From NCBI GenBank assembly GCA_965199495.1, contig CBDASK010000003.1, forward strand, positions 3,648,001 through 3,712,000: a DNA stretch of 64,000 nucleotides. Reading direction: 5' to 3'. The position numbers and the translations under genes are program-made. Shown one piece after another: positions 46,132 through 57,000 of this stretch. The notes below the pieces were generated by a model that was given only the letters and a program-made list of their open reading frames with translations, was not told where the DNA came from and searched no databases. The stretch's first letter is position 1; each line of letters starts with the position of its first letter. The DNA comes from Abditibacterium sp. (GTDB taxonomy: Bacteria; Armatimonadota; Abditibacteriia; Abditibacteriales; Abditibacteriaceae).

Positions 46132-46209
46132 AAAAAAACAGTGCAAAAAGAAAAGCAGGAATTACGAAAAACACGCAATTCCTGCTTTGAGATTTTTCCA
46201 ATTGATATT

Positions 46210-48186
46210 TTAAGAACGCGCGGCAACTTTCACATCGCCTGATTGCTGTAAAAATTGGACGAACTTGGCCGGATCGCGCTCTAATCCTTCCAACGGTTGT
46301 CCTTTGACTTCGCCATCGGGCGTGACAACCGCATACATCGGAATGGCGACGGTGCCGAATTTCTGCTGCTGATACGCGTTGAACTTGCGCGATTTTTCGT
46401 CCGAGCCATCGGTAAACAATTTCACGGTGACGAAATCGCTCAGCGCCTGTTTCACGTCGGGATGGGGCAAAACGTTGTTTTCCATCAGGCGGCAATTGGT
46501 GCAGGCGTAACCGGTGAAATCAATCAAAATCGGTTTGCCCTCGCTTTTGGCCTGCGCGCGGGCTTTGTCCAAATCGTTTTCGATCCACGCCGAAGCGATT
46601 TTTTGTTGGGCGCCATAATCGCGCGGCGGCAAATACGCATCCAAATCGTGCAGCGAAACACCGTTGTTCGCCGCCAGCAACCAACCAGCCACGCCGAGCG
46701 TTGCCAAGCCCAAAACGGTGCGGCCCGGCCCCAGTTTTTGGGTGGACGCATCGCCCGGCAAGCGCACCAAACGCAGCAAATATAGCGCGGCAAAGATGGC
46801 GATGGTGAACCAGATCGCCAAAAATATCGGGCGCGTCAACAATCCGAGTTGCAGCGAATAATCGGCGACCTGCAAGAATTTGAGCGCTGCCGCCAACTCC
46901 AAAAATCCCATGAACGCCTTGACCGAAACCAGCCATTGCCCCGAACGCGGCAAGTTGGCGAGATAACTCGGAAACAGCGCCAGCAAGAAAAACGGGAGGG
47001 CGAACGCCGTCGAAAATGCCAGCATTCCAAGCGCCGGATAAAGCGGCCCCGCCGTGGCTGCTGAAACCAACGTGGTGCCCACGAATGGCACGGTGCAGGT
47101 AAACGATGTGAGCGTGAACGCGAAACCCATCAAAAGCGGCGCGACGATGCCGGTTTTTTTGCCTTTGGGCTGCACCCGATTCAAAATGCTCGACGGCACC
47201 ACGATTTCAAAAACGCCGAACAGATTAAAAGCCAACACGATAAATAGCGTGGCGAGGGCGAGGTTGACAAACGGGTTAGCGGCGAACAGCGACAGGCCCG
47301 CCGCGCCAAACAAAACCGAAACCGCTACGCCAATTAAAGTAAAAGTCCCGATGATGCCGCCGCAATAAGCGAGCGGCCCGACGAGACGGCTGCCCTCGGT
47401 CTGCTTGGAAAACAGCGAGACCGTGATCGGAATCATCGGAAAAACGCACGGCGTGAGAATCGCCAACAGTCCGGCGCCAAACGCCAGAGCAATAAACGAG
47501 AAAATGTTGGGCGCCGCCGTTTTGCCCGCCGTCGTCGCGCCGTTTGTCCCAGCCACGCCGTTGCCGCCATTGGGCGAAGCCGAATTTGCGATGGGCGCGA
47601 TGGCTTTTTCGTCTTTCTTGGCACCGGTTTCGGGCGCATTCGCTTCCTGCGTTACGGTTTGCGGCGGCACGCTCGCGTCGGGCTTGACTTTATCGGCCCG
47701 CGCCGCGCCCACCGCGACGGTGAACGCAATCGGCACTTCGACGGTTTTGGGCGGCAGACAAACGCGCGAGTTGCACGCTTGAAAGCGCGCTTTCACCGTC
47801 GCTTTGGCCGCGCCACTGGCGTCGGCTTTGACGACGACTGGCAAACCGAAACTCACACCTTTCTTATAAGATTGCGTTTCCATTTGGAAACCCTCGTCCA
47901 TGTGAACGAACGGTTTCGGTTGCGCGATTGCGCCTTTGATTTCGAGCGCGCCACCGTCGGCGAGCGTGATTTTCGTCGGGTTGGGGCCGCCGGGTGGCGT
48001 CGTGGGCGCGTAAATATACCAGCCGTCTTCGATGGTCGCGCTGACGACGACGTGCCCGCCTTCACCGGCGCGCAAATCTTTGGGCGCCAGTTCGGCTTTC
48101 CATGTGACGGGATTTTGCGCGTGCGCGAGCAGGGGCGCGCCGAAAACGCCGACGAGCAGGGCAAGCAATAAACGAAATTTGGGCAT
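46210..48186 (-). CDS. dsbD: Thiol:disulfide interchange protein DsbD
   Basis: N-domain QACNSRVCLPP, TM domain TPCVFPMIP and FTCTVP, thioredoxin FTGYACTNC. Confidence 0.92.
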   Translation of the reverse strand: MPKFRLLLALLVGVFGAPLLAHAQNPVTWKAELAPKDLRAGEGGHVVVSATIEDGWYIYAPTTPPGGPNPTKITLADGGALEIKGAIAQPKPFVHMDEGFQMETQSYKKGVSFGLPVVVKADASGAAKATVKARFQACNSRVCLPPKTVEVPIAFTVAVGAARADKVKPDASVPPQTVTQEANAPETGAKKDEKAIAPIANSASPNGGNGVAGTNGATTAGKTAAPNIFSFIALAFGAGLLAILTPCVFPMIPITVSLFSKQTEGSRLVGPLAYCGGIIGTFTLIGVAVSVLFGAAGLSLFAANPFVNLALATLFIVLAFNLFGVFEIVVPSSILNRVQPKGKKTGIVAPLLMGFAFTLTSFTCTVPFVGTTLVSAATAGPLYPALGMLAFSTAFALPFFLLALFPSYLANLPRSGQWLVSVKAFMGFLELAAALKFLQVADYSLQLGLLTRPIFLAIWFTIAIFAALYLLRLVRLPGDASTQKLGPGRTVLGLATLGVAGWLLAANNGVSLHDLDAYLPPRDYGAQQKIASAWIENDLDKARAQAKSEGKPILIDFTGYACTNCRLMENNVLPHPDVKQALSDFVTVKLFTDGSDEKSRKFNAYQQQKFGTVAIPMYAVVTPDGEVKGQPLEGLERDPAKFVQFLQQSGDVKVAARS

Positions 48187-48296
48187 TATGAGCAATCAAT
48201 GGTTGGACGCCGGATAAAGTTCCCCGTCGCCGATGTTTTCGGTTGCCTTTATCGTTTGCTGTCATTTTGTGAAGCAAATTCACTGCATCATCTCAA

Positions 48297-48337
48297 AAAT
48301 AAAGCGGGGCGAACGTGATGTTCGCCCCGCTTTATTT
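48297..48337. terminator. Intrinsic terminator of the ABC operon
   Basis: AAATAAAGCGGGGCGAAC-GTGAT-GTTCGCCCCGCTTTATTT. Confidence 0.75.
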
Positions 48338-48349
48338 GGACTCAACTAC

Positions 48350-49372
48350 TTAACTGGTGCGACTATGACGGAAGCGGTCGAGCGCGACAGCGGAGATGAT
48401 GATGGCGCCCGTGGCGATTTCCTGCACCCAGTTGGAAAGCCCGACTTTGGTGCAACCGTTGGCGACTGTCGTCATAATCAGAGCGCCGACCAGGGTGCCG
48501 AAAATCGAACCCTGCCCACCATTGAGGCTGGCGCCGCCGATAACCACGGCGGCGATAATATCCAGTTCGGCGCCGTTGGTCGTCGTCGGATCGCCCAGCG
48601 TCAGATAGGAGAATTGCAGCACACCCGCCAACCCGACAAACGCGGTCGCCAGCATATAAATCGCCAGCTTAGTCATGTTGACCGAAACGCCGCACAGGCG
48701 AGCGGTCTGTTCGTTGGAGCCGATGGCGAAGATGTGGCGGCCAAATCGCGTATAACGCAGCATCGCCGCGACGAGCGCGGCCATGATCAGCATCAGCCAC
48801 ACGCCAGGTGGAAAAACCAGCCATTTCAGGTGGCCCGCTGGCGGCACCAGCAAACCGTTGATCCAGGTTTCGGGCGCTTGTACCGGCTGGTCGTCGGCCA
48901 AACCTTTGGCCAATCCGCGCAGAGCGCCCCACATCCCCAGCGTCACGATGAAGGGCGATAAATTCAGTCGCGTAATCAAAAGGCCAATAACCAAACCGCA
49001 CAACGCGCTGGTTAGGATGCCGCCCGCGATGGCGACGAGGGGCGGAGCGCCCTGGGCCAGCAAAAGCGCGATGGCAACTGTTGACAGCGCGATATTGGAA
49101 CCGACGCTTAGGTCAATGCCGCCCGAAACGATGATCATCGTCATGCCCAGCGCCGCGAGCGCTACGACCGAAGTTTGCAGCAGAATAATCTGCGCGTTGC
49201 TCAGCGTTAAAAATGTTTCGGGACGAAGAATGGCGAACAGACCGAAGACGAACGCCAGACCGAGAATCGGCCCCAGCTTATTGAGCAGAACGCGAACATC
49301 GGGCCGCGCGCGCTGTTCGGTTGTGGCACCAGAAACCGCTTCGGCGCCTGGAGTATGAGTGACAGGAGTCAT
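48350..49372 (-). CDS. Sugar ABC transporter permease (RbsC-like)
   Basis: GGIDLSVGS, PFIVTLG, TRFGRHIFAIGSNE, ELDIIAAVVIGGASL. Confidence 0.93.
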   Translation of the reverse strand: MTPVTHTPGAEAVSGATTEQRARPDVRVLLNKLGPILGLAFVFGLFAILRPETFLTLSNAQIILLQTSVVALAALGMTMIIVSGGIDLSVGSNIALSTVAIALLLAQGAPPLVAIAGGILTSALCGLVIGLLITRLNLSPFIVTLGMWGALRGLAKGLADDQPVQAPETWINGLLVPPAGHLKWLVFPPGVWLMLIMAALVAAMLRYTRFGRHIFAIGSNEQTARLCGVSVNMTKLAIYMLATAFVGLAGVLQFSYLTLGDPTTTNGAELDIIAAVVIGGASLNGGQGSIFGTLVGALIMTTVANGCTKVGLSNWVQEIATGAIIISAVALDRFRHSRTS

Positions 49373-49445
49373 AATGAATATGGGAAGCAAGTCAAGTTTA
49401 ACTTCTCTTTGGATGTGGTTGCGCGACTATTTGACGTGCAACCGA

Positions 49446-49521
49446 ACCCGCAGCGCAAGCGACGTGGCTGGGTTTAAGCGCTGACATATTTCAGCCCAGC
49501 CACATCGCTTGCGCTGCGGTT
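49446..49521. repeat. Family F-related inverted repeat inside the ABC operon
   Basis: CGCAGCGCAAGCGACGTGGCTGGG...CCCAGCCACATCGCTTGCGCTGCG. Confidence 0.7.
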
Positions 49522-49567
49522 GCTTAATTAAGCGAGCGAAGTTTGGAGCGCTTTCACCTTTACAAAC

Positions 49568-51043
49568 CTACTCAACCGCGCCCGTCGCCTCGATCATAAT
49601 GGAGTGTTCGGTGACTTGGCTGACGGGCAGGGCTTCGCTCAGGCGCCCGCGATTCATGACCGCGATTTCGTCGCAGGTGCCCAGCAGTTCGGGCAGATAG
49701 CTCGAAACCATCAGAATCGCTTTGCCACTGAGCGCCAGTTCGTCAATCACGCGATAAATCTGCGCTTTGGAGCCAACGTCAATGCCGCGCGTGGGTTCGT
49801 CCAACAGCAACACGTCGGCGCCATGATAAAGCAAGCGCGCGATGGCGACTTTCTGTTGGTTGCCGCCGCTCAGCGCGCCGATTTCTTGCGCCACCGACGC
49901 GCATTTGACGCTCAAATCTTTGGCGAACTTGGTCGCGGTTTGCTGGCGCGCCAACGGGTTGAAAAACATCGGGATTTTGGTCATAGTCAGGTTTTCGGCG
50001 ATGGAAAGTTCGAGCGCCAAACCCTCGATTTTGCGATCTTCACTGACCATGCCCACGCCCTGATCCCAACGCTGCGCCGGGCTGGCGGCGCCCGAATACT
50101 CGCCGACTTTGATTTCGCCCGATTTCACCGCGTCGAGGCCAAAAATCACGCGCATCAATTCGGTGCGCCCGGCGCCAACCAAACCCGCGATGCCGGTGAC
50201 GTGGCCGCGTCGAAGTTTCAAACTGGCGCCTTTGGGTTTCCCATCGGGGCCGCTTAATCCGTTGATTTCCAGCACGACTTCGCCCGCTTTGCGCTCGGAG
50301 CGCGGATATAAGTCAGCCACATCGCGCCCGACCATCAGCGCGATAATATCGCTGGGCTGCGCCTGTGCCGTGACGCCGCCGCCCACGCTTTTGCCATCGC
50401 GCAGCACGGTGAAGCGGTCAGACAACTCCATGACCTCTTCCAGAAAGTGCGAGATGTAAACGATGGCGTGCCCGCTCGCGCGCAGACGATTAACCAGAGC
50501 GAATAATCGGCGGATGTCCGATTGCGTCAGGCTCGATGTTGGTTCGTCGAAGACCAAAACGCGACTGCCCAACGCGACCGCGCGCGCGATTTCGACCAAT
50601 TGGCGCTCGGCCACGCTCAGTTCGGCGACGATGGTTTCGGGGGCGACATGGCTCAATCCGACCTCTTCCAACGCGGCCAATGCGCTTTGGCGCAAAGTTT
50701 TGAGGTCGAGCAACGGCCCGCGCGTCGGCTCCAATCCGAGCAAAATGTTCTCGGCGACGGTCATGTGAGGAGCCAGCGAGAGTTCTTGATAGATCATCGC
50801 GACGCCACTTTTGCGGGCGTCGAGCGGCGAGCGCGGAGCGTAGGGTTTTCCATCGAGCAACATTTCGCCCGAATCGGGCGCGTGCGCCCCACTGAGAACT
50901 TTCATCAGCGTGGATTTGCCCGCGCCGTTTTCGCCAACCAAAGCCAAAACCTCGCCCGCCGCGACTTCCAAATCAACGCCGTCAAGCGCCAGCGTCGCGC
51001 CGAATCGCTTGCGAATATCGCGCATTTGCAGAAGAGATGTCAT
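49568..51043 (-). CDS. Sugar ABC transporter ATP-binding protein (RbsA-like)
   Basis: GENGAGKST, DEPTSSL, LSGGNQQK, DEPTRGIDVG. Confidence 0.95.
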   Translation of the reverse strand: MTSLLQMRDIRKRFGATLALDGVDLEVAAGEVLALVGENGAGKSTLMKVLSGAHAPDSGEMLLDGKPYAPRSPLDARKSGVAMIYQELSLAPHMTVAENILLGLEPTRGPLLDLKTLRQSALAALEEVGLSHVAPETIVAELSVAERQLVEIARAVALGSRVLVFDEPTSSLTQSDIRRLFALVNRLRASGHAIVYISHFLEEVMELSDRFTVLRDGKSVGGGVTAQAQPSDIIALMVGRDVADLYPRSERKAGEVVLEINGLSGPDGKPKGASLKLRRGHVTGIAGLVGAGRTELMRVIFGLDAVKSGEIKVGEYSGAASPAQRWDQGVGMVSEDRKIEGLALELSIAENLTMTKIPMFFNPLARQQTATKFAKDLSVKCASVAQEIGALSGGNQQKVAIARLLYHGADVLLLDEPTRGIDVGSKAQIYRVIDELALSGKAILMVSSYLPELLGTCDEIAVMNRGRLSEALPVSQVTEHSIMIEATGAVE

Positions 51044-51080
51044 GTTTGGGAGTGATTTTACTTGCGAAATTGTTAAAGCC

Positions 51081-51135
51081 GTTGCGATACCGATTTGTCG
51101 TGTCTAACTTAAACACGACAAATCGGTATCCCAGC
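51081..51135. repeat. Degenerate family A REP doublet
   Basis: GATACCGATTTGTCGTGT...ACACGACAAATCGGTATC. Confidence 0.7.
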
Positions 51136-51143
51136 GGCTGATA

Positions 51144-52133
51144 CTAACCCAGAATCTCTTTGATTTTCGGGGTGTCCATATTGGCTTTGTCAACCAAGGC
51201 AACGCCGGTGTCCATCATCGGCGCGACCTTTTCGCCCTTGGCAGCAGCCACGGCGGCTTTGACGCCTTCGTAGCCCATCTTGGTTGGGTTCTGCACAACT
51301 AACGCCTGAATCTGACCCTTCGTCAAGCCTTCCATCAACTGCGGCGACGCATCGAATCCGACGAACTTTTTCTTGCCATCCAAACCGAGTTGTGTCAGCG
51401 CCAACAGCATACCCGCCGTGCTCGACTCGTTGGGCGTGAAAATGCCGTCGCACTCGCGGATTTTGTCGGCCATGTTGAGCGCCGAATCTTTGCCCTCGCC
51501 CATCGTCGCGCCGCTATAACGGTTGTCCACGATGATCTTGATGCCCGGATATTTCTTGATGGCATCCTCGAAACCGCGCTCGCGTGCCATCGTGGAGGCG
51601 CTGCCTTCCTGATAGCGCATCAACACGACTTTGCCTTTATCGTTCAGTTCCTTGGCCAGACGCTCGCCGCCCAGCATTCCGCCTTTGTAGTTATCGGTCG
51701 AAACCGTCGAAACGAAGTCCTTCGGCGCCTTGGCGTCTTTCAGGCTGGAGTCAATAATAACAACCGGGATATTTTTCGCGGTCGCGGCTTTGACCGGGCG
51801 TTCCAACGCGACATCATCGAGCGGCGCCAGCACGATGCCGCCGATGCCTTCGCTGGTGAACTGGTCAACGATTTTGATCTGGTCGGCGCGGTCGGATTCC
51901 TTGAGCGGGCCTTTGAAGTTGATGTTGACGCCCAACTCTTTGCCCGCTTTATTGGCGCCCGCCTGCACCGACTTCCAGTAGACGTGGGTGGTGCCTTTGG
52001 GAATGACGGCGATGGTCATCTCCCCCGGCTTATCGGCGATGGGAGCCGAAGTTTGAGTGGCCGCTTTGTTACAACCTGCGAGTCCGATGAGGGCTACGCT
52101 CAGGGCGAGTCCGAATTTGAAATGTGTTTTCAT
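51144..52133 (-). CDS. Sugar ABC substrate-binding lipoprotein
   Basis: Lipobox LAGC; IAVIPKGTTHVYW, STDNYKGG, VGFD, VVQNPTKMGY. Confidence 0.93.
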   Translation of the reverse strand: MKTHFKFGLALSVALIGLAGCNKAATQTSAPIADKPGEMTIAVIPKGTTHVYWKSVQAGANKAGKELGVNINFKGPLKESDRADQIKIVDQFTSEGIGGIVLAPLDDVALERPVKAATAKNIPVVIIDSSLKDAKAPKDFVSTVSTDNYKGGMLGGERLAKELNDKGKVVLMRYQEGSASTMARERGFEDAIKKYPGIKIIVDNRYSGATMGEGKDSALNMADKIRECDGIFTPNESSTAGMLLALTQLGLDGKKKFVGFDASPQLMEGLTKGQIQALVVQNPTKMGYEGVKAAVAAAKGEKVAPMMDTGVALVDKANMDTPKIKEILG

Positions 52134-52149
52134 GTGTGTTGATGCCGTT

Positions 52150-53850
52150 TTAAACGGAGAAAAATACTCGTTGCAGCGTCCAAAACGCCGCCACCGCCGC
52201 GATGACCAGCGAGGCCGGAACCACGACAAACTTGCGATAACCTTCGCGCCCGCGAAACCATCCGACTGCCAGCAGAGCCATAGCTACCACGCTTAATTGT
52301 CCCAACTCGACGCCGATGTTGAAGCCCGCCAACGCCGTGATAAAGCCCGTGCCCGAAAGTCCCAATTGCTGAAACACTTGGGCGAAACCCAAACCGTGAA
52401 CCAGTCCAAACGCAAAGACCACCAGAATGCGCCACGGTCTGACTTCTTTGGTCATCAGGTTTTCGACGGCGACAAACACAATCGAAAGCGCGATGAGCGG
52501 CTCAACGATATTCGCGGGCAACTTCACCAATCCCGCCGCCGCCAGCGCCAAAGTCAGCGAATGCGCAACCGTAAACGCCGTGATTTGCTTGATTAACGCT
52601 GGCAACTGCGAGCCAAGCAAAAACAAACCCAAAACGAACAGAATGTGATCTATACCGCGCGGTAAGATATGGACATAGCCCATCGCCACAAAACCCGCGA
52701 AAGTAGAAAACCACGAAGGGCGCTCGTTTTGCGCGCGCTCAATCGGAAGCTCGCTGACGCTGTTTGCTGAATCTAAACCTGAAGGAGACCTCTCTATTTT
52801 ATCTGACACGGCGCCCATGCTGCCAGAGTTTATTGCCGCAACCGGTGCGTTGGCCGGCGCCAATTTCTGCGAACCGCGTGCGCTCGCTTGAAGCGCCGAC
52901 ATTTTTTGCGCGGGCGCCAGAACTTTCTTATCTATTACCGGCGGTTTCGCTGGCGTGGGCTTCGCGAGTTTGGTGACAACTCGCGGTTGGGGGCGCGCGC
53001 CGGGAGTCGGCGGTTTCGGTGGCACAACAGCAGCCACGGCGGATTGTTTGGGTCGGCCTTTTGCTGGCGGCGTGGCTGGCGCTTTCGCTGGCGCTTTCGC
53101 TGGCGCTTTCGCTGGCGCTTTTGAGGATTTGGCTGGCGTAAGGGTCGGTTTCGCGGGCGCACTCTGCTTTGGCTTGTTCGGCTTGTTCGACGCGACTTTC
53201 GGTGGCGCTTGCTTTTTGGGTTTGAACAGCGCGGCGGGCGATTCACCGGGCGCTTGCGGTGTCGGTTGCGGCAATCCCGTCAAAAGTGGCAAAGGCGTCG
53301 AGAGCGCGCCGTTTTCCAGCGCCTGAGTGAAAGGTTCTTGCTTTTCGACTTCCTCGCTGAACACGAAGGTGCCCAGCAAGGGCGGAACGCCGAACGAAAC
53401 CGTGCGCGCGCCAGCGGGAAAGTGGCCAGTGAGGCGCGTCACCAGCATCACTGGCAGACGCGGCGGCAAACCGTTGTCGCGCCAATCTTGAACCTGTGCC
53501 AGCGTCGGAAACTGAATCGAATCAAGGGTGCCCGCGCCGTTATCGGCTTTGAGCGCTATCTCGCGCGCGAACTTGGCCTCGGCGATTTTTAGCGCCTTTT
53601 GCAAGTTTTCAGGCGGCCCATCGAGCAGGGCATTCATCGGTGCATCGGAGACCTTGAGCGGCGTTTCTCCCACCAAATAAGCCAACAAATCAAATCGCGC
53701 TTCCATCGTGAATGTGCCATCGGTTTTGATTTTTGCCCGCCCGCCCGCCACGTTCGCCGGATGCGCCTCCGCGCTACCAATTACGCCGAGGCAAAGCGCG
53801 TATAATAAGAGAAATGGCGCAAAGGCGTGACAAATTCGGGGGTGAGACAT
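52150..53850 (-). CDS. HupE/UreJ-family membrane protein with N-terminal soluble domain and long Pro/Lys/Ala linker
   Basis: AEAHP signal end; GYVHILPRGIDHILFVLGL, TAFTVAHSLTL, FGLVHGLGFA, FNIGVELGQ. Confidence 0.88.
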   Translation of the reverse strand: MSHPRICHAFAPFLLLYALCLGVIGSAEAHPANVAGGRAKIKTDGTFTMEARFDLLAYLVGETPLKVSDAPMNALLDGPPENLQKALKIAEAKFAREIALKADNGAGTLDSIQFPTLAQVQDWRDNGLPPRLPVMLVTRLTGHFPAGARTVSFGVPPLLGTFVFSEEVEKQEPFTQALENGALSTPLPLLTGLPQPTPQAPGESPAALFKPKKQAPPKVASNKPNKPKQSAPAKPTLTPAKSSKAPAKAPAKAPAKAPATPPAKGRPKQSAVAAVVPPKPPTPGARPQPRVVTKLAKPTPAKPPVIDKKVLAPAQKMSALQASARGSQKLAPANAPVAAINSGSMGAVSDKIERSPSGLDSANSVSELPIERAQNERPSWFSTFAGFVAMGYVHILPRGIDHILFVLGLFLLGSQLPALIKQITAFTVAHSLTLALAAAGLVKLPANIVEPLIALSIVFVAVENLMTKEVRPWRILVVFAFGLVHGLGFAQVFQQLGLSGTGFITALAGFNIGVELGQLSVVAMALLAVGWFRGREGYRKFVVVPASLVIAAVAAFWTLQRVFFSV

Positions 53851-53900
53851 AGAAGACTTTCGATGTTTTGCGGGAAATGGCGCGCGAAAAAGATAAATTA

Positions 53901-54009
53901 ATGCGATATAAAATCGCAGCAAAGGAAGTTGTCGGCCTTCGCCGACACAGACAAATGACACCTGTCGGCGAAGGCCGACAACTTCCTTTGCTGCGATTTT
54001 ATATCGCAT
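53901..54009. repeat. Inverted repeat, family I, with internal TGTCGGCCTTCGCCGACA palindrome
   Basis: 47-bp perfect arms at 53901-53947 and 53963-54009. Confidence 0.85.
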
Positions 54010-54016
54010 CGTCAAA

Positions 54017-57000
54017 CTAATCCACGCCCTGCTCGAACAGCGATTTGATTTTCTCGTCGGTGAGCGGGCTGCGCCACACTGTCATATCGGTGACGGCGCC
54101 GGGGAAGATTTTGCTTTTTGACCACGGATCGAGCGGTTTGATGCGCACCACGGCTTCGTCATCGACGAAATCAAGCGGCGCTTTGCCGATGGGCTGGCCG
54201 TTTTTATACAGGCGCACATCGGTGCCATCATAGGTCGCGGTGATCATCTGCCAGACGCCGACATCGAGTTTGACATTGCTATCGAGGTCGCGACCGGAAC
54301 CCCAGAAGTGAATGCCTCTGGCGAACTTGGTCAGGTAACGGCCTTTGCCCTCTTTGTCGGTGATGTCGCCAAAACCGGCGATAACGGTTTCGTCCTCCGG
54401 TTGCGCGTCGGGTTTGCACCAAACGTTGATGCTCCACGGGTCTTTGGCGCCGACCGGCAAACCGGGCAACTTCACTTCGCGTGTTTTTTCTGCTGGATCG
54501 GGCGTGCGTCCCGAATTGAACAGTTGCGCGCCCGGTACTTTCAAAGTCGCGACTTGAATCAGGTTGCCGTTGGTCGAGGCGTCTTTCACGCCTTTCACCG
54601 TCAGCTCGGCGACCTCTTCCAATCTCAATCCGCGATTCGTCGTTAAAGTCACGTTCATGCCGTCGGCGCTCACGACGGCTTTTTGCGCCGTAATTCCGTC
54701 GTTCAACTGGTAATTGGAAGCCATCGCGGCGCTCGCTTTGTCGAGCGGCTCCGAGAAGCCCAACTCGATGACGGGCGCAACCGGATCGCCCAGAGCCTTA
54801 ACGATGCGCGGCCCGGTTTGGTCGTTGATGACAAACTTCGCCGTCGTCACGCCGGTGGCTTTGCCGTCGGGCGTGAACTGCGTGGCTTTGATCGTTGCGC
54901 TTTGATAAATCGGGATTTCGCCCTTATAAACCGGCGAATTTATGGTCGGATCGGAGCCGTCGAGCGTGTAGCGCAAGTTGTTCTGATCCCAGTAAAGCGG
55001 ATGACTGAGCGTCGCCATCACGGTATCGGTCGCGTTGCGATTGGCCGGAAAAACTTCGGGCGACGAGGACTGGAATTTATGGGTTTCCAGCGTGTCGTGA
55101 AGCGGCGCGAGCGGCGTGGCTGGTGTTTCGCCCTTGGCCACCGAGACCGCGAAAATCTTAATGCGTGGATCGTTGGGAAGGGTCAGCGTCGTCGCGCCAG
55201 CGGGAATATCGAAGCTCTTCTGAAAGATATACGAATAATCGTAATGCGTATCGGCTGTCGGCATATGGCGGTGCGAGGCATACCAAGCCACGTCGCCTTC
55301 CTTGACGTAACCGGGTAGCAGACCCACGAACGGGTTGTTCCAATTATAGGTCAGTTCGGGCACCACGCCGCCCCACAAACGCGTATCGTATTGGCCGACG
55401 AAGCCACTCCAATTGTCAATTGTCGCGCTCACTTTGTGGGCACCGACGCCGAATTGTCCACGCACGTCGCCCGCCGAAGCCGCCGCCAAAACGTGAACGC
55501 GCGTGTAACCTTTGGGCAGCGAAATGGTCTGACCGCGCGCCGTCATCAAGTTTTTGGCGCCATCGGTCGTTGGCCCCATTTTATAGTTAATACCGTCTTT
55601 TTGTAGCGTCGCCGGAATTTCCTCGGCGGCGAAAGTCATACCTTTGCCATCGAAATTGCCGTCGCTGCGCTTGGCTCTGGATGAGATGCCATCCAAATCG
55701 TAGGAGAGCGCAACCGGCACGCTCTGAACGGGCGCGACTTTGGTCGGCGCCGCCGCCAACTTGAGCGCGAATGCGCGCAGGCTAAACGCGCCAACCTCGG
55801 TTTCCAACGCGCCATTTTTCACCGTCGCGCTTCCAATGGTGCGTTCCTGTCCGTCCACTTCGCGCGCCGCCACGATGTTCGATCCCATGCGCAAACGCAC
55901 ATTTTTGGCGGGCGCGCCGATCAGCTCGCGGAAACGCACCACGATTTCGTCGGAATCCTCGGCCTTTTTGATGGCGGTGATTTCGACCTGCTTGCTGTTG
56001 GTGCGCGCCAGCGAGAACGATTTGCCCAATTTTCCGTCGTGTTTGGCAACGCCAAACGCGCGTAACGGCTGGTTCAGGCGCTTGGCCTGCCACGGCACAT
56101 CGCCATCGCGCCAATCGCCCGCGTGCGGCGCGATATTATACAAAAACTCGTGCTTGCCAAAGTCCTGATGCGCCTGATCTTGGTAGCCGCCGCGCACGCC
56201 CGGCGTATAAAGCAGCGTCAGGCGAATCAGGTCGTCGGTCGGTTTGTCCGATCCGAATTTGCAATCGTTCAAAATCGCCGCGCCCGACTTGCCATTCGTG
56301 CCAGTCAGATCGAACCATTGATGCTGCGGCACTTCGTATTTCTTCGGGTCGTTGTTGCCGCGCATGATGGCGCCAACCTGCAAATCGTAGGTCGCTTTGG
56401 GGTTGCCGTGAGCCATCGGGAACTCGGCTTTGAGCGCGACCTGTTGCGACTGCCAGTCAATATTATTTTTGACGCCGACACTTTCGCCCGCCGCGCCGCT
56501 CGCGAGGGAAATCGTCTGCACGAACTTGGAGCCACGCGCATTGCGCGTCACTTCGATGGCGACGCGCAAGGGGCCGTTTTCGACCACGCGAATCTGCGCC
56601 GGGCCGTCCACATAAGCAATCGGCGCTTTCTTCGCATCGTCCCAGTCCATGTTCCACGCCGGAAACGCCGACGGATTATGATAAACAAACGCCAATCGCG
56701 CCGGAGCTTTCAACGTTTCGGTGTTGTTTTTCTTATCGAAAACCGACGAAATATCGCCCGCCGCGTTAATCGTCACGCGAAAGCGCGCGTTCTCCAAAGT
56801 GCGATTTTGCTCCGAAACTTTCAACTCGCCCATCTTCATCGCGGGCGCCGTGGCTGATGTGCGCGCGTCGAAGGTTTTGAAACCGTTGGGCGCGACGCTG
56901 GCCAGAAAAATAATCTTCGCCGAGTTGCCCGTGCGCGCGATAATCTGCGTCGGCACGGCGGTTCCATCGGGCGCAAACACCGTCACGCTGTTGGTGCCGG

